From: an uncultured Candidatus Rokubacteria bacterium
GTDB lineage: Bacteria > Methylomirabilota > Methylomirabilia > Rokubacteriales > CSP1-6
NCBI GenBank assembly: GCA_963762145.1
Contig: CAVXJS010000014.1
Span: 448,001 to 512,000, forward strand
Direction: 5' to 3'
Length of the DNA: 64,000 bases
Part shown: one piece after another, positions 37,093 to 47,804 of the stretch
How positions within the stretch are numbered: position 1 is the first letter of the stretch
How the letters are laid out: every line of letters begins with the position of its first letter
Notes under the pieces: generated by a model
Told to the model about the DNA's origin: nothing
The model's database searches: none
What the model saw: only the letters and a program-made list of their open reading frames with translations
Translations under genes and position numbers: made by a program

Positions 37093-37858
37093 ATGTGCGT
37101 GGACGACGATTCCTTTCCTCCGATCCCTCCGATCTCGGGCGGCGCGGCCGGCTCCCGCGACTTCAAGCTGACGTCGAGCGACGGCACGAGCTTCATGGCC
37201 CACGCGGCCCGCGCGGCCAAGCCCACCGGGGCGGGCATGATCGTGATCCCCGACGTGCGCGGCCTGCATCCGTATTACAAGGAGCTCGCCGATCGCTTCG
37301 CCGAGATCGGGGTGGACGCGGTCGCGATCGACTTCTTCGCGCGCACCGCGCCGTCGGAGGACCGCAGCGAGGCGTTCGACTTCATGTCGCAGGTGCCGCT
37401 GACCAAGCCGGAGACGCTGCAGGCCGACATTGCCGCGGCCGCGGCGTACCTTCGGACCGCCGACGGCGGGCAGGTGAAGTCGCTCTATTCGGTGGGCTTC
37501 TGCTTCGGGGGCGCGCTGTCCTATCTGCAGGCGGCCAGCGGGCTCGGCTACGCGGGGGTCATCGGCTTCTACGGCTGGCCGCTCGGCCTCAAGCGCTGGC
37601 CGGACCGGCCCAAGCCGATCGACGCGGTGCCGCGCTACAAGGCGCCGGTGCATGTCGATCTTCGGCGGCGCCGACGAGGGGATTCCGCCCGCGGACGTCG
37701 AGGCCTTCGACGCGGCGTGCCGCAAGGCCAACGTCAAGCACGACCAGAAGGTGTACCCGGGGGCGCCGCACAGCTTCTTCGACCGGAAGTACACCGAGTT
37801 CGCGGACGCGTCGGCCGACGCGTGGAAGCGCGTGCAGGCCTTCGTCAGCGGAAAGTAG
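37093..37858 (+). pseudogene. Dienelactone hydrolase family protein with one apparent +1 frameshift near 37652 (probably a sequencing error)
   Basis: PDVRGL and GFCFGG in the first frame; FGGADEGIP...YPGAPHSFF...AW in another frame after 37652. Confidence 0.8.
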
Positions 37859-38891
37859 GGATCACCTCGCGGGTGAGGATGTCGAGCGTCCGCTTCATCT
37901 GATCGAGGGACAGGAGGCCGCTGGGGTTCAGCTCGGCGACGATGCCGCTGAGCCCCAGGTCCTCCGCGATCTCACCCAGCCGGTCGCGCAGGGCCGCGGC
38001 GGTGCCGAACGCCACGCGGGTCTCGAGCATCTCGTCGTACGGCATCGTGGTGATCCGGTCCGCCATGACCTGCCGCCGGTCCCCCGGGCCGGTGTCGGTG
38101 CGGCCGAGGCCGGACCGGATCAGCTCGATGTGCCGCTGGAAGAAGTAGGTCATCGCCTCCCGCGGCTCCTCGCGCGCGGCGGTGTCGGTCGGCGCCGCGT
38201 ACACCGGGATGCGCAGGTAGACGTCCGGCTCGCCGGCCTGTCCCGATTCCCGCCATGCGTCGCGGTACGTCTTCAGGTGGCCGCGCAGCAGGGGGATGTC
38301 CAGGTCTCGCAGCCCGATGAAGAGCGGGAGACCGAGGCGCGCGACGTGGGGAAAGGTCTCCGGCGAGTTGGCCGCCATGCGCAGCGGCGGATGCGGCACC
38401 TGGTAGGGCGTCGGCGACACCGTCACGTCGCGCACGCGGTAGAACTTGCCGTCATAGCTGAACGGCTTGCCCTTCCAGGCGAGGCGGATGATCTCGAGCG
38501 ATTCGAGGAAGCGCGCCTGGCTCTCGCCGTACGGCACGCCGAGGAGATCGTACGTCCGCGCCGAGCCGCTGCGGCCGACGCCGAAGTCCAGCCGGCCTTC
38601 GCTCAGCTGGTCCACGGTGGCTGCTTCCTCGGCGATGCGCAGCGGGTTGCCGAGCGGGAGCACCTGCACCGCGATCCCCACGCGGAGGCGCCGCGTCCGG
38701 GCCGCGATGAAGCTGGCGAGGGCGAGGGGGGCGGACTGGATCGATCGATTGCCGTTGAAGTGGATCTCGCCGAGCCAGACGCCGTCGAGGCCGCCGACCT
38801 CCGCCGCGTCCGCCAGCTCGATCGTCTCGCGCAGCGTGGCGCCTTCGCTGACGCCGCGGCGCCGCTCTTCCAGGAAGATCCCGAAATGCAT
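37845..38891 (-). CDS. LLM-class flavin-dependent oxidoreductase (luciferase-like)
   Basis: MHFGIF, WLGEIHF, P.RIAEEAATVD.LS.GR..FGVGR, P.PYQ.PHPP. Confidence 0.92.
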   Translation of the reverse strand: MHFGIFLEERRRGVSEGATLRETIELADAAEVGGLDGVWLGEIHFNGNRSIQSAPLALASFIAARTRRLRVGIAVQVLPLGNPLRIAEEAATVDQLSEGRLDFGVGRSGSARTYDLLGVPYGESQARFLESLEIIRLAWKGKPFSYDGKFYRVRDVTVSPTPYQVPHPPLRMAANSPETFPHVARLGLPLFIGLRDLDIPLLRGHLKTYRDAWRESGQAGEPDVYLRIPVYAAPTDTAAREEPREAMTYFFQRHIELIRSGLGRTDTGPGDRRQVMADRITTMPYDEMLETRVAFGTAAALRDRLGEIAEDLGLSGIVAELNPSGLLSLDQMKRTLDILTREVIPTFR

Positions 38892-38914
38892 GGGGCCGGT
38901 CCCTCCGCCCGCGC

Positions 38915-38943
38915 ATCTTGCGCCGGAGGGCTGCCGTCGTCAA
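38915..38943 (-). promoter_or_regulatory. Putative sigma70 promoter
   Basis: TTGACG-N17-CAAGAT on the minus strand. Confidence 0.4.
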
Positions 38944-38969
38944 GTCACTCCGGCCCGAGGCCGGCGCGG

Positions 38970-39821
38970 TTAGATCTCCGAGTAACCGCTGCCGCGGGTG
39001 TCCACGCCCCGGCCGCGGCCCGCGTCGATCCAGCCGAACTCGCGGAGGATCTGCTGGCTGTAGGTCACGCGGCCGCTCACGCGCTCGACCGGCTCGGTGG
39101 CCAGCAGCAGCGCGGCCTGCGCCATCAGGAGGGGCGGCTCGCCCCGTGGGTCGTCGAGGCCGCTCACGAGGCGGTGGTACACGGTGCCGGGGGTGGGCAC
39201 GACCTGGGAGGGCGACACCGCGGTCACCGAGATGCGGTGCGGGAACACCTCCGACGCCAGGCCCTGGGTGAAGCGCTCGAGCGCGGCCTTCTCGGCGCCG
39301 TAGCAGGTGCCGCCGCGCGCGCCCACCGCGGGATCGGAATAGGGCCCGCGCCCGGGGCCGATCGCGGAGCCGGAGGAGATGTTGACGATGGCGCCGCTCC
39401 GACGGGTGATCATGTCGCCGAGCACGAGCTGGCTCAGCATGAACGGGGCCTGAAAGTTCACGGCCCACGAGCGCAGCCACTTGCCGACCGGGTAGTCCTT
39501 CACCGGGATGTAGTAGGTCAGCGCCGCGTTGTTGACCAGCACGTCCACCGGGCCGTAGTGCCGCCGGGCCGCCTCGATCAGCCGCTCGCACTCCGCGGGC
39601 TCCGCGATGTTCGCGGCGATCGCGTGCGCGTCGCCGCCCGCCTCGCGGATGCCGGCCACGGTGGTCTCGAGCGAGCCGGCGAGGGGGTGCTGGCCTTCCT
39701 GAAGGGTGCGGGCCGCGCAGACCACGCGGCCGCCCTCGGTTGCGAAGAGCCGGGCGATGTCGGCGCCGATGCCGCGACTCGCCCCGGTGACTACCACGAC
39801 CTTGCCGTCCAGTCGGCCCAT
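38970..39821 (-). CDS. SDR family oxidoreductase
   Basis: TGASRGIG, LVNNAA, NISS, YGAEK; GGAGG SD. Confidence 0.9.
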   Translation of the reverse strand: MGRLDGKVVVVTGASRGIGADIARLFATEGGRVVCAARTLQEGQHPLAGSLETTVAGIREAGGDAHAIAANIAEPAECERLIEAARRHYGPVDVLVNNAALTYYIPVKDYPVGKWLRSWAVNFQAPFMLSQLVLGDMITRRSGAIVNISSGSAIGPGRGPYSDPAVGARGGTCYGAEKAALERFTQGLASEVFPHRISVTAVSPSQVVPTPGTVYHRLVSGLDDPRGEPPLLMAQAALLLATEPVERVSGRVTYSQQILREFGWIDAGRGRGVDTRGSGYSEI

Positions 39822-39903
39822 GAGATCCTCCGGGCCGCTATTCTCCACGACGCGCACGCCCGGTCAACCGGCTCGGACCGCCGGCCGACCGGGCGGGCCG
39901 AGG

Positions 39904-41142
39904 CTAGGACGCGCTGACGCGCAGGCGCTCGCCGGGGAAGATGCGGTCCGGCCGGTCGAGGCCGTTCCAGCGCGCGAGCTGCGTGGTGGAGACGCCGTAC
40001 TGCCGGGCGATGCGCCAGACCGATTCGCCCGTCTTGACCACGTGAAGGCCCGCCGACGCGTTCCCGGGGGCGATCCGACGCGGCGCCGTCTCCAGCTGGA
40101 CCGCCGCCTGCATCGCGGCCGCGGTGCCGACCGGGATCTTGAGCTCGTACGGAGCGTCGGGCGGGGTCTGCTTTTGCCAGAGCTCCGGATTGAGCTGCTC
40201 GAGGTCCGCGAGCGCGACCCCCGAGAGCCCGGCCAGTCGCAGGAGGCGGCTGCCCTTGGGCACGGTCACGACCTCGTAACGCACCGGCTCTTCCGGCACC
40301 ACCGTGAAGCCGTACTGCTCGGGCCGGCGGCCGATCAGGGTCGCCGCGTGGATCGCGGGGACGAAGTTCTTCGTCTCCGGGAGCAGGTGCGGGCTGCGAC
40401 GGTGGAGGACCCAGAAGTCGCGCGAGCCCGAGCCCTGGATCGCCTGCTGGACCCGGACCTCGCCCGCGTTGTAGGCGGCCTGGGCCAGGTCCCACGAGCC
40501 GAAGACGGTGTAGAGGTCGCGCAGGTAGTTCGCCGCGGCCACCGTGGACTTCTCCGGGTCGAGGCGCTCGTCCGTCCAGCGGTCCACGCGGAGGCCGTAG
40601 AGGCGCGCGGTCGGGGCCATGAACTGCCACAGCCCCTTGGCGCCGGCGTGGGAGACCGCTACCGGGTTGAAGCCGCTCTCGACCATCGCGGTGAAGACCA
40701 GCTCCTCGGGCAGGCCCTTCTCCTTGAATATGTCAAGGATCATGGGGAGATAGCGGCCAGATCTGGCCAGGCGTGTCTCGGTGATCGCCCGCCGGTACCC
40801 GGTCTGGAACTTATCGAGGAAGTGCCGGACATGCTCGTTGAGCTGGACGCGGTAGGCCGTGGCCGGGGCCGGGCGCACCACCGCCGGGGTCGGCTCGGTC
40901 ACCAGGGCCAGGTTCACCACCGCCGGGGTCACCGGAAGGTCGGGCGCCTCCGCCGGGTATCCGAAGGTCTCGGCCAGGATGTCCTGGGATACGGGCCACG
41001 CTACCTGGACCAGCCCGACGGGCTCCATCGGGGTCGGTTCCGTGGCCATCATGGTTGGAGGGTCGATCTCGGCTCGGGCCGGTCCAGCGAAGGCCAGACA
41101 GCCTGCCAGGAGAAGGGCACTGCCGGTCACCAGGGTCCGCAT
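39904..41142 (-). CDS. MltD-like lytic transglycosylase with LysM domains (start at 41142 or 41154)
   Basis: MVES.F, S.AGA.GLWQFM..TA, DER.DP.KST.AA, AAYNAG, ET.NFVP, C-terminal LysM HVVKTGES...IA. Confidence 0.92.
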   Translation of the reverse strand: MRTLVTGSALLLAGCLAFAGPARAEIDPPTMMATEPTPMEPVGLVQVAWPVSQDILAETFGYPAEAPDLPVTPAVVNLALVTEPTPAVVRPAPATAYRVQLNEHVRHFLDKFQTGYRRAITETRLARSGRYLPMILDIFKEKGLPEELVFTAMVESGFNPVAVSHAGAKGLWQFMAPTARLYGLRVDRWTDERLDPEKSTVAAANYLRDLYTVFGSWDLAQAAYNAGEVRVQQAIQGSGSRDFWVLHRRSPHLLPETKNFVPAIHAATLIGRRPEQYGFTVVPEEPVRYEVVTVPKGSRLLRLAGLSGVALADLEQLNPELWQKQTPPDAPYELKIPVGTAAAMQAAVQLETAPRRIAPGNASAGLHVVKTGESVWRIARQYGVSTTQLARWNGLDRPDRIFPGERLRVSAS

Positions 41143-41167
41143 TGTTCTAGCCATAGCGGGCTAGAAC

Positions 41168-41183
41168 AGCAAGCGCCATTCCA
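41168..41183 (-). promoter_or_regulatory. Putative sigma54 promoter of the lytic transglycosylase
   Basis: TGGAATGGCGCTTGCT (GG-N10-GC) with an AT-rich tract immediately upstream. Confidence 0.55.
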
Positions 41184-41321
41184 ATGATAACTCACATGAT
41201 TACATTAATGTTTTCTGGCTGACAGGGGGCCCGGAAATCCCTCTCTGAGTACCTCCCCACCCACGATGGGAGACTTGCACACCACGAATCCTTTGCATGG
41301 TCCGAAGTTTGCTCCCGGCCC

Positions 41322-41350
41322 TTGACGGCCTGGCTGACCGGCCCCATGCT
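41322..41350 (+). promoter_or_regulatory. Putative sigma70 promoter of the Rieske/RND genes
   Basis: TTGACG-N17-CATGCT. Confidence 0.4.
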
Positions 41351-41361
41351 GAGCGGCACCC

Positions 41362-42613
41362 ATGGCCTCGGAGCCTGCGACCGGAAGCCCGTTCGACGGA
41401 TACGCGCGCCGGGCGACGCCGGCTCCGGACCCCGAGCTGACCCAGGTCGGTCCCGGCACTCCCGGCGGCGAATACCTGCGGCGCTTCTGGCAGCCGGTGG
41501 CGTTCACGCGCGATCTGGACGGACCGCCGCGGCGCGTGCGCATCCTGGGCGAGGACCTCGTGGTCTTTCGCGATCGCGGTGGGCGCGTCGGCGTGCTCCA
41601 CCTGCACTGCGCGCATCGCGGCACGTCGCTCGAGTTCGCCATTCCGCTCGAGCGCGGCCTGCGCTGCTGCTACCACGGCTGGGTGTACGACGTGGACGGG
41701 CGCTGTCTCGAGACGCCGGGCGAGCCCGCGGGCAGCCGCCTGTGCGAGCGCGTGTGGCAGGGCGCGTATCCCACGCACGAGTTCTGCGGGCTCGTCTTCG
41801 CGTACTGGGCCCGCCCGATCGGCGCGCCCGCGTTTCCGCTCTATCGACACGTTCGACGTGCCGGGCCACACCCTCATGCCCGCGGCCGAGTTCACGCTGC
41901 CGTGCAACTGGCTCCAGGTGAAGGACAACAGCATGGACCCGGTGCACACCGCGTTCCTGCACGCGCTCTCGAGCGGCTATCAGTTCACCGAGGCCTTCGG
42001 CGGCGGTGCCCGAGCTCGACTGGCTCACCACCGACGCGGGCATGGTCTACATCGCGACCCGGCGCGTGAATGATCTCGTCTGGGTGCGCGTCTGCGACTT
42101 CATGCCGCCGAACGTGCACCAGTTCACGCGCGAGATCGAGGAGGCCGCCGCGCCCAAGGTCGGCGAGCCGGCCGGTGATCATCCGCTGGGCGGTGCCCAA
42201 CGACGACACCCACACGACGAACTTCGAGCTGGCCCAGGTGGATCCGGCGTGGGGGCTCACGCCCGAGCAGGTCGCGCGGCCCGGCTTCGGCCAGTCGGAG
42301 GACCGCCCCTACGAGGAGCGCCAGCGCTTCCCCGCCGACTACGACGCGCAGTCGAGCCAGCGCCCCGTCGCGGTCCACGCGCTCGAGCACCTCGCCTCGA
42401 CGGACCGCGGCGTGATCATGCTCCGGCAGCATCGTGCGCGACGGCATCCGCGCGGTGGCGGCGGGCCAGGATCCCTGGGGTACGCACTGGCCGGAGGGGA
42501 AGATCATCCCCACCCACACCCAGGATCTCGTCTTGCGGATCCCGCCCGCCGCGACGCCGGAGGCGGACCGCCGTCTCGTGCGCGAGACCGGTCGGCGCGC
42601 GGTCACCGGCTAG
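41362..42613 (+). pseudogene. Rieske non-heme iron oxygenase alpha subunit (phthalate 4,5-dioxygenase-like), multiply frameshifted
   Basis: VGPGTP.GE.LRRFWQP, CAHRG, CCYHGW, NWLQ...N.MDP.H..FLH, EHLASTDRG spread over several frames. Confidence 0.85.
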
Positions 42614-42624
42614 GGGCGGCGGCC

Positions 42625-45600
42625 GTGTGGATCGTCCGGATCGCGCTGGACCGGCCCTACACCTTCATCGTCCTCGCGCTCCTGATCCTGATCGTGAGCC
42701 CGGTGGTGATCGCGCGCACGCCCACCGACATCTTCCCCAACGTCAACATCCCGGTGATCGCGGTGGCGTGGCAGTACCGCGGGCTCAACGCGGAGGAGCT
42801 GGAGGGCCGCATCACCACGTCCTACGAGCGCGTGCTCACCACCACGGTGGACAACATCGAGCACATCGAGTCCACCACCATCAACGGACAGGCGATCATC
42901 AAGGTCTTCCTGCAGCCGAACGCGAGCCTCGACACCGCCAACGCCCAGATCACCGCGATCTCGCAGACCGTGATCCGGCAGTACCCGCCCGGCATCACCC
43001 CGCCCCTGATCATCAACTTCAGCGCCTCGAGCGTGCCGATCCTCCAGCTCGCGCTGTCGGGGGAGGGTCTCGCCGAGCAGCAGCTCTTCGACCTCGGCGT
43101 CAACTTCCTGCGGCCCCAGCTCGTGACGGTCCGCGGGCGCGGCGATCCCGTATCCCTTCGGCGGCAAGCAGCGCCAGGTCATGGTCGACCTCAACCCGCG
43201 CATGCTCCAGGCCAAGGGGCTCTCGCCCAGCCGACGTGCGTCGACTCGCTGGACCTGCAGAACCTGGTCCTGCCCTCCGGCACCGCCAAGATCGGCGAGT
43301 TCGAGTACGACGTCACGCTCGAACGCGAGCCCGCGGACGGTGGCCGACCTGGACGACATCCCGATCAAGGTGGTGGGCAACTCGACGATCTACCTCCGGG
43401 ACGTCGCCCACGTGCGCGACGGCTTCGGGCCCCAGACCAACATCGTCCGGCGGGACGGCCGGCGCGGCACGCTGGTCACCGTCCTCAAGAGCGGCGACGC
43501 CTCCACCCTCGACGTCGTCGACAACATCCGGGCCGCGCTGCCCGCGGGTGGCCAGCACGCTGCCCCCCGAGCTCAAGGTCGACCTGCTCGCGGACCAGTC
43601 GGTCTTCGTGCGCGGCCGCGGTGAGCGGGCGTGATCCACGAGGCGATCATCGCGGCCTGCCTCACCGCCGCTGATGATCCTGCTCTTCCTGGGGAGCTGG
43701 CGCAGCACCCTCATCATCGCGGTCTCGATCCCGCTGTCGATCCTGACCTCGGTCATCGCGCTGAGCTTCCTGGGCGAGACCATCAACATCATGACCCTGG
43801 GCGGCCTCGCGCTCGCGGTGGGCATCCTGGTGGACGACGCCACCGTCACCATCGAGAACATCGAGCGCAATCTGGAAGAGGGCCAGGACGCTGCGGGGCG
43901 CGATCCTGGACGGGGCGGCCCAGATCGCGGTGCCCGCCCTCGTGTCCACCCTCTGCATCTGCATCGTGTTCCTGCCCATGTTCTTCCTGAGCGGGACCGC
44001 GCGCTACCTCTTCGTGCCGCTGGCGGAGGCGGTGGTCTTCGCGATGCTCGCCTCCTACGTGCTGTCGCGCACGCTCGTGCCCACCCTGGCCATGTACCTG
44101 CTGCGGGCCAAGGCCCACCACGACGCGCCCGTCGCGTAACCCGTTCGTGCGGCTGCAGCGCGGCTTCGAGCGCGGGTTCGAGCGGCTCCGCGCCGCCTAC
44201 CGCGGGCTGCTGGAGCGGCTGCTCTCGCCGGCAGGCCGCGTTCGTGCCCGTGTTCCTCGCGGTCTGCGTGAGCGCCGGGCTCCTGGTGCCCTGGCTCGGG
44301 CGAGAACTTCTTCCCGGTGACCGACAGCGGGCAGTTCATCCTCCACCTGCGCGCCAAGACCGGCACCCGCATCGAGGAGACCGCCCGGCTGGTCGACCTG
44401 GTGGAGACCGCGATCCGCCGGGAGATCCCGGCCGGGGAGCTGGACAAGATCATCGACAACATCGGGCTGCCGTACTAGCACGCATCAACTACATGTACAG
44501 CGCGCTCCGGGGTTCATCGGAGCGGCGGACGCCGACATCCTCGTCACGCTCAAGCCCGGCCACGGGCCCACCGCGGACCACGTGCGGAACCTGCGCGCGC
44601 GTCTGCCCCAGGAGTTTCCCGGCGTGACCTTCTACTTCGTGCCCGCCGACATCGTGACCCAGATCCTCAACTTCGGGCTGCCCGCGCCGATCGACATGCA
44701 GATCGAGGGCAACGACCTCGAGGGCAACCGGCAGGTCGCCAACCAGATGCTGGACGACCTGCGGCGCGTGCCCGGCCTGACCGACCTGCGGATCCAGCAG
44801 AACTTCGACACCCCGAAGTTCCACGTGACGGTGGACCGCACCAAGGCGGCGGGGGCGGCTTCACCCCGCGCGACGTCGCCAGCAGCGTGCTGGTGTCGCT
44901 GAGCGGGAGCTGGCGCCGACCTCGCCGACCACGTTCCTCAACTGGCAGAACGGGGTCAGCTACAACCTGGTCACCCAGGCGCCCCAGTACTCGGATCCAG
45001 TCGCTCCAGGACCTCCAGAACATCCCGATCAGCGCGACGGGGGCGCGGCCCCAGATCCTGGGCGACGTGGCCTCGATCGCGCGGCGCGAGCTCGATGGCG
45101 GTGATCTCGCACTACAACATCCGCCGGGTGGTGGACATCTACGGCTCGGTGCAGGACCGCGACCTCGGCGCGGTGGGCCGCGACATCGCCCGCGATCGTC
45201 GACGCCCATCGCCCGAACCTGCCGCGCGGCAGCTTCGTCACCCTGCGCGGCCAGGTCGAGACCATGCGCGCCTCCTACCTGGGCCTCCTGGGCGGCCTCG
45301 CCTTCGCGATCGTGCTCGTCTACCTGCTGATCGTGGTGAACTTCCAGTCGTGGCTCGATCCGTTCATCATCATCACCGCGCTGCCCGCCGCGCTGGCCGG
45401 GATCATCGTGTTCCTGTTCCTGACCGGCACCACGCTCAGCGTGCCCGCCCTGATGGGCGCGATCATGTGCATGGGCGTCGCGACCGCCAACAGCATCCTC
45501 GTGGTCTCCTTCGCCAAGGAGCGGCTGGGTGAGCACGGCGACGCCCACCTGGCCGCGATCGAGGCGGGGTTCACGCGCTTCCGGCCCGTGCTCATGACCG

Positions 45601-45804
45601 CGCTGGCCATGATCATCGGCATGATGCCGATGGCGCTGGGACTGGGCGAGGGCGGCGAGCAGAACGCGCCGCTCGGGCGCGCGGTGATCGGCGGCCTGCT
45701 GCTGCGCCACCGTCGCGACCCTGGTCTTCGTGCCCGCGGTGTTCAGCCTGCTGCACGGGCGCGGGCGCCGCGCGGGAAGCCCGCTCCCACCGGCGGCGGC
45801 ATGA
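42625..45804 (+). pseudogene. RND efflux permease (AcrB/CusA family), multiply frameshifted
   Basis: WIVRIAL.RPYTF, TDIFP..NIPV, IPLSIL, INIMTLGGLALAVGILVDDATV.IEN, GVATANSILVV, RFRPVLMTALAM across several frames. Confidence 0.88.
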
Positions 45805-46955
45805 GCCGCTGGCGCGGGTCCTCCGGCTTCTGGATCGTCCTGGTTGCCGCCCTGGTCCTGGGGGGCGCCATCTACGCCGGGCTCCACGGCCGCCGGGGCG
45901 CGGACGCGGCGCTGAAGCGGGCGACCGAGGAGGCGGCGGTTCCCACCGTCGCGGTGGTGTACCCGGGCGCCTCCGCGCCCACCGACGAGCTGGTGCTGCC
46001 GGGAACCGCCCACGCGTTCACCGACGCGGTGATCTTCGCGCGGGCGAGCGGGTACCTCAAGAAGCGCCACGTGGACATCGGCACGCGCGTGACCGCGGGC
46101 CAGCTCCTGGCCGAGCTCGAGACTCCCGAGCTCGACCAGCAGCTCCACCAGGCCCGCGCGGACCTGGAGAACGCGCGCGCGACCATGGACATGGCCCGGA
46201 CCACGTCCGAGCGCTGGCAGACGCTGCTCAAACGCGACTCAGTGTCGCGCCAGGAGGCGGACGAGAAGGTCAGCGACTACAACGCGCGGCGGGCGATCGT
46301 GGATTCCAATGCCGCCAACGTCAAGCGCCTCGAGGACCTCCAGGCCTTCCAGAAGATCACCGCGCCGTTCGCGGGCATCATCACCGCGCGCAACACCGAC
46401 ATCGGCGCGCTCGTCGACGCGGGCGGGGCCGCGCGCGAGCTCTTCCGCCTCGCCGCCATCGACAAGCTGCGCGTCTTCGTCTCGGTGCCGCAGGCCTACG
46501 CCCAGGCCGCGCAGCCCGGCACCCCGACCACCGTCACCCTCGAGGAGATGCCTGGCCGCGCCTTCCGCGGCACGCTGGCCCGGACCTCCAACGCCCTCGA
46601 TCCGGTCACCCGGACCATGGTGAGCGAGGTGGAGGTGGAGAACGCCACCGGCGAGGTGCTGCCCGGCGCCTACGTGGTGGTGCGGCTGCGGGTCGGTCGC
46701 GAGGCGCGCGGGCTCACGATCCCCGCGAACACCCTGCTCTTCCGCTCGCAGGGACTGCAGGTCGCGGTGGTGCGGAACGGGCGCGCGGAGCTGGTGGGGG
46801 TGACGATCGGGCGCGACTACGGCGGCAGCGTGGAGGTCGTGTCGGGCCTGGGACCGAAGGACGCGGTCATCCTCGATCCGTCCGACTCCCTGGTCAGCGG
46901 CGTCGCGGTCCGCGTGCGCGCGAGCGAGCCCTCGAAGCCGAAGCCGGGCGGGTAG
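45801..46955 (+). CDS. RND periplasmic adaptor (membrane fusion protein)
   Basis: N-terminal TM, IFARASGYL, VDIG..V..GQLLA, APFAG, TRT...EV, L.PG.Y. Confidence 0.92.
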   Translation: MSRWRGSSGFWIVLVAALVLGGAIYAGLHGRRGADAALKRATEEAAVPTVAVVYPGASAPTDELVLPGTAHAFTDAVIFARASGYLKKRHVDIGTRVTAGQLLAELETPELDQQLHQARADLENARATMDMARTTSERWQTLLKRDSVSRQEADEKVSDYNARRAIVDSNAANVKRLEDLQAFQKITAPFAGIITARNTDIGALVDAGGAARELFRLAAIDKLRVFVSVPQAYAQAAQPGTPTTVTLEEMPGRAFRGTLARTSNALDPVTRTMVSEVEVENATGEVLPGAYVVVRLRVGREARGLTIPANTLLFRSQGLQVAVVRNGRAELVGVTIGRDYGGSVEVVSGLGPKDAVILDPSDSLVSGVAVRVRASEPSKPKPGG

Positions 46956-47787
46956 CGGCCGGCCGCCCCTTCGCGGGCGCCGGTCCGCTCGCGTGCCAGC
47001 GCGCCACCTCCTCGCAGGTGGCGAACCACACGCCGCGCGTGCGGCGCATGGTGGTGACCAGGTCCTCCAGCAGGGCGATGCGAGAGGCGCGCCCGCTCAC
47101 GAAGGGGTGGCAGGTCAGCACGAAGCAGCCGTTTTCCGGGTGCATCGCCGCGAACTCCTTGCTCCACATCTGGAGCACGCGGCCCGGGTCGGCGATCGCG
47201 TTGGAGGCGCCGTAGACGTGGCGGAAGAGCGGGGCGTCGTCGAGCAGCCACTGCACCGGCACCTCGGTCAGTGGTCCCTGGGAGGTCGGCACGTCGTACG
47301 GGACGTCGTTGCCCATCAGGGAGCTGTCGTAGAGGAAGCCGTGGCGCTTGAGCAGGTCGGGCGTCCACACGTTCACGTCCCAGGAAGGCGAGCGATACCC
47401 GGCCGGCCGCACGCCCAGGCGGGAGGCCAGGATCTCGAGCTGCTCGCGCATCACGCGCTCCTCCTGCTCCTCGTCGAGGAAGCCGAGCGCCTCGTGCACG
47501 TTGCCGTGGGCCCCGATCTCGTGACCCGCGTCGCGGATCCGCCGGCACGGCTCGAAGTGGTGCTCGACCGTCCAGCCCGGGATGAAGAAGCTGGCGCGCA
47601 GCTTCAGGCGGTCGAGCAGGCGCAGGATCCGATCGACGCCCACGCGGGGCCCGAAGCGGCGCTCCTCCAGGTCGCCCAGGCTGCGCCGGGCCTTCTCGGG
47701 CTCGCGAAACAGGAAGCCGGACTCCGCGTCGAAATCGAACGAGAGGACCGCGGCGGACGTGGTGCCGGAGGGCCACGGGTAGCGCAT
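46894..47787 (-). CDS. Polysaccharide deacetylase (CE4, PuuE/HpPgdA-like)
   Basis: SFDFD, FGPRVG..RIL, HEIG.HG..H, GYRSP, YDSS, LDD, TCHP..SGR. Confidence 0.9.
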   Translation of the reverse strand: MRYPWPSGTTSAAVLSFDFDAESGFLFREPEKARRSLGDLEERRFGPRVGVDRILRLLDRLKLRASFFIPGWTVEHHFEPCRRIRDAGHEIGAHGNVHEALGFLDEEQEERVMREQLEILASRLGVRPAGYRSPSWDVNVWTPDLLKRHGFLYDSSLMGNDVPYDVPTSQGPLTEVPVQWLLDDAPLFRHVYGASNAIADPGRVLQMWSKEFAAMHPENGCFVLTCHPFVSGRASRIALLEDLVTTMRRTRGVWFATCEEVARWHASGPAPAKGRPAATRPASASRARSRARGPRRR

Positions 47788-47804
47788 CGCGCGCCCGCCT
47801 GCCA

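Noticed and set aside
41800-45720. Programmed ribosomal frameshifting or RNA editing
   Set aside because: The indels are numerous, irregular and mostly not at slippery motifs; sequencing error is more parsimonious
45264-46955. Apparent RND C-terminus/MFP fusion protein (563-aa ORF)
   Set aside because: Artefact of a frameshift near 45705; the true RND frame ends at TGA 45804, overlapping the MFP ATG at 45801
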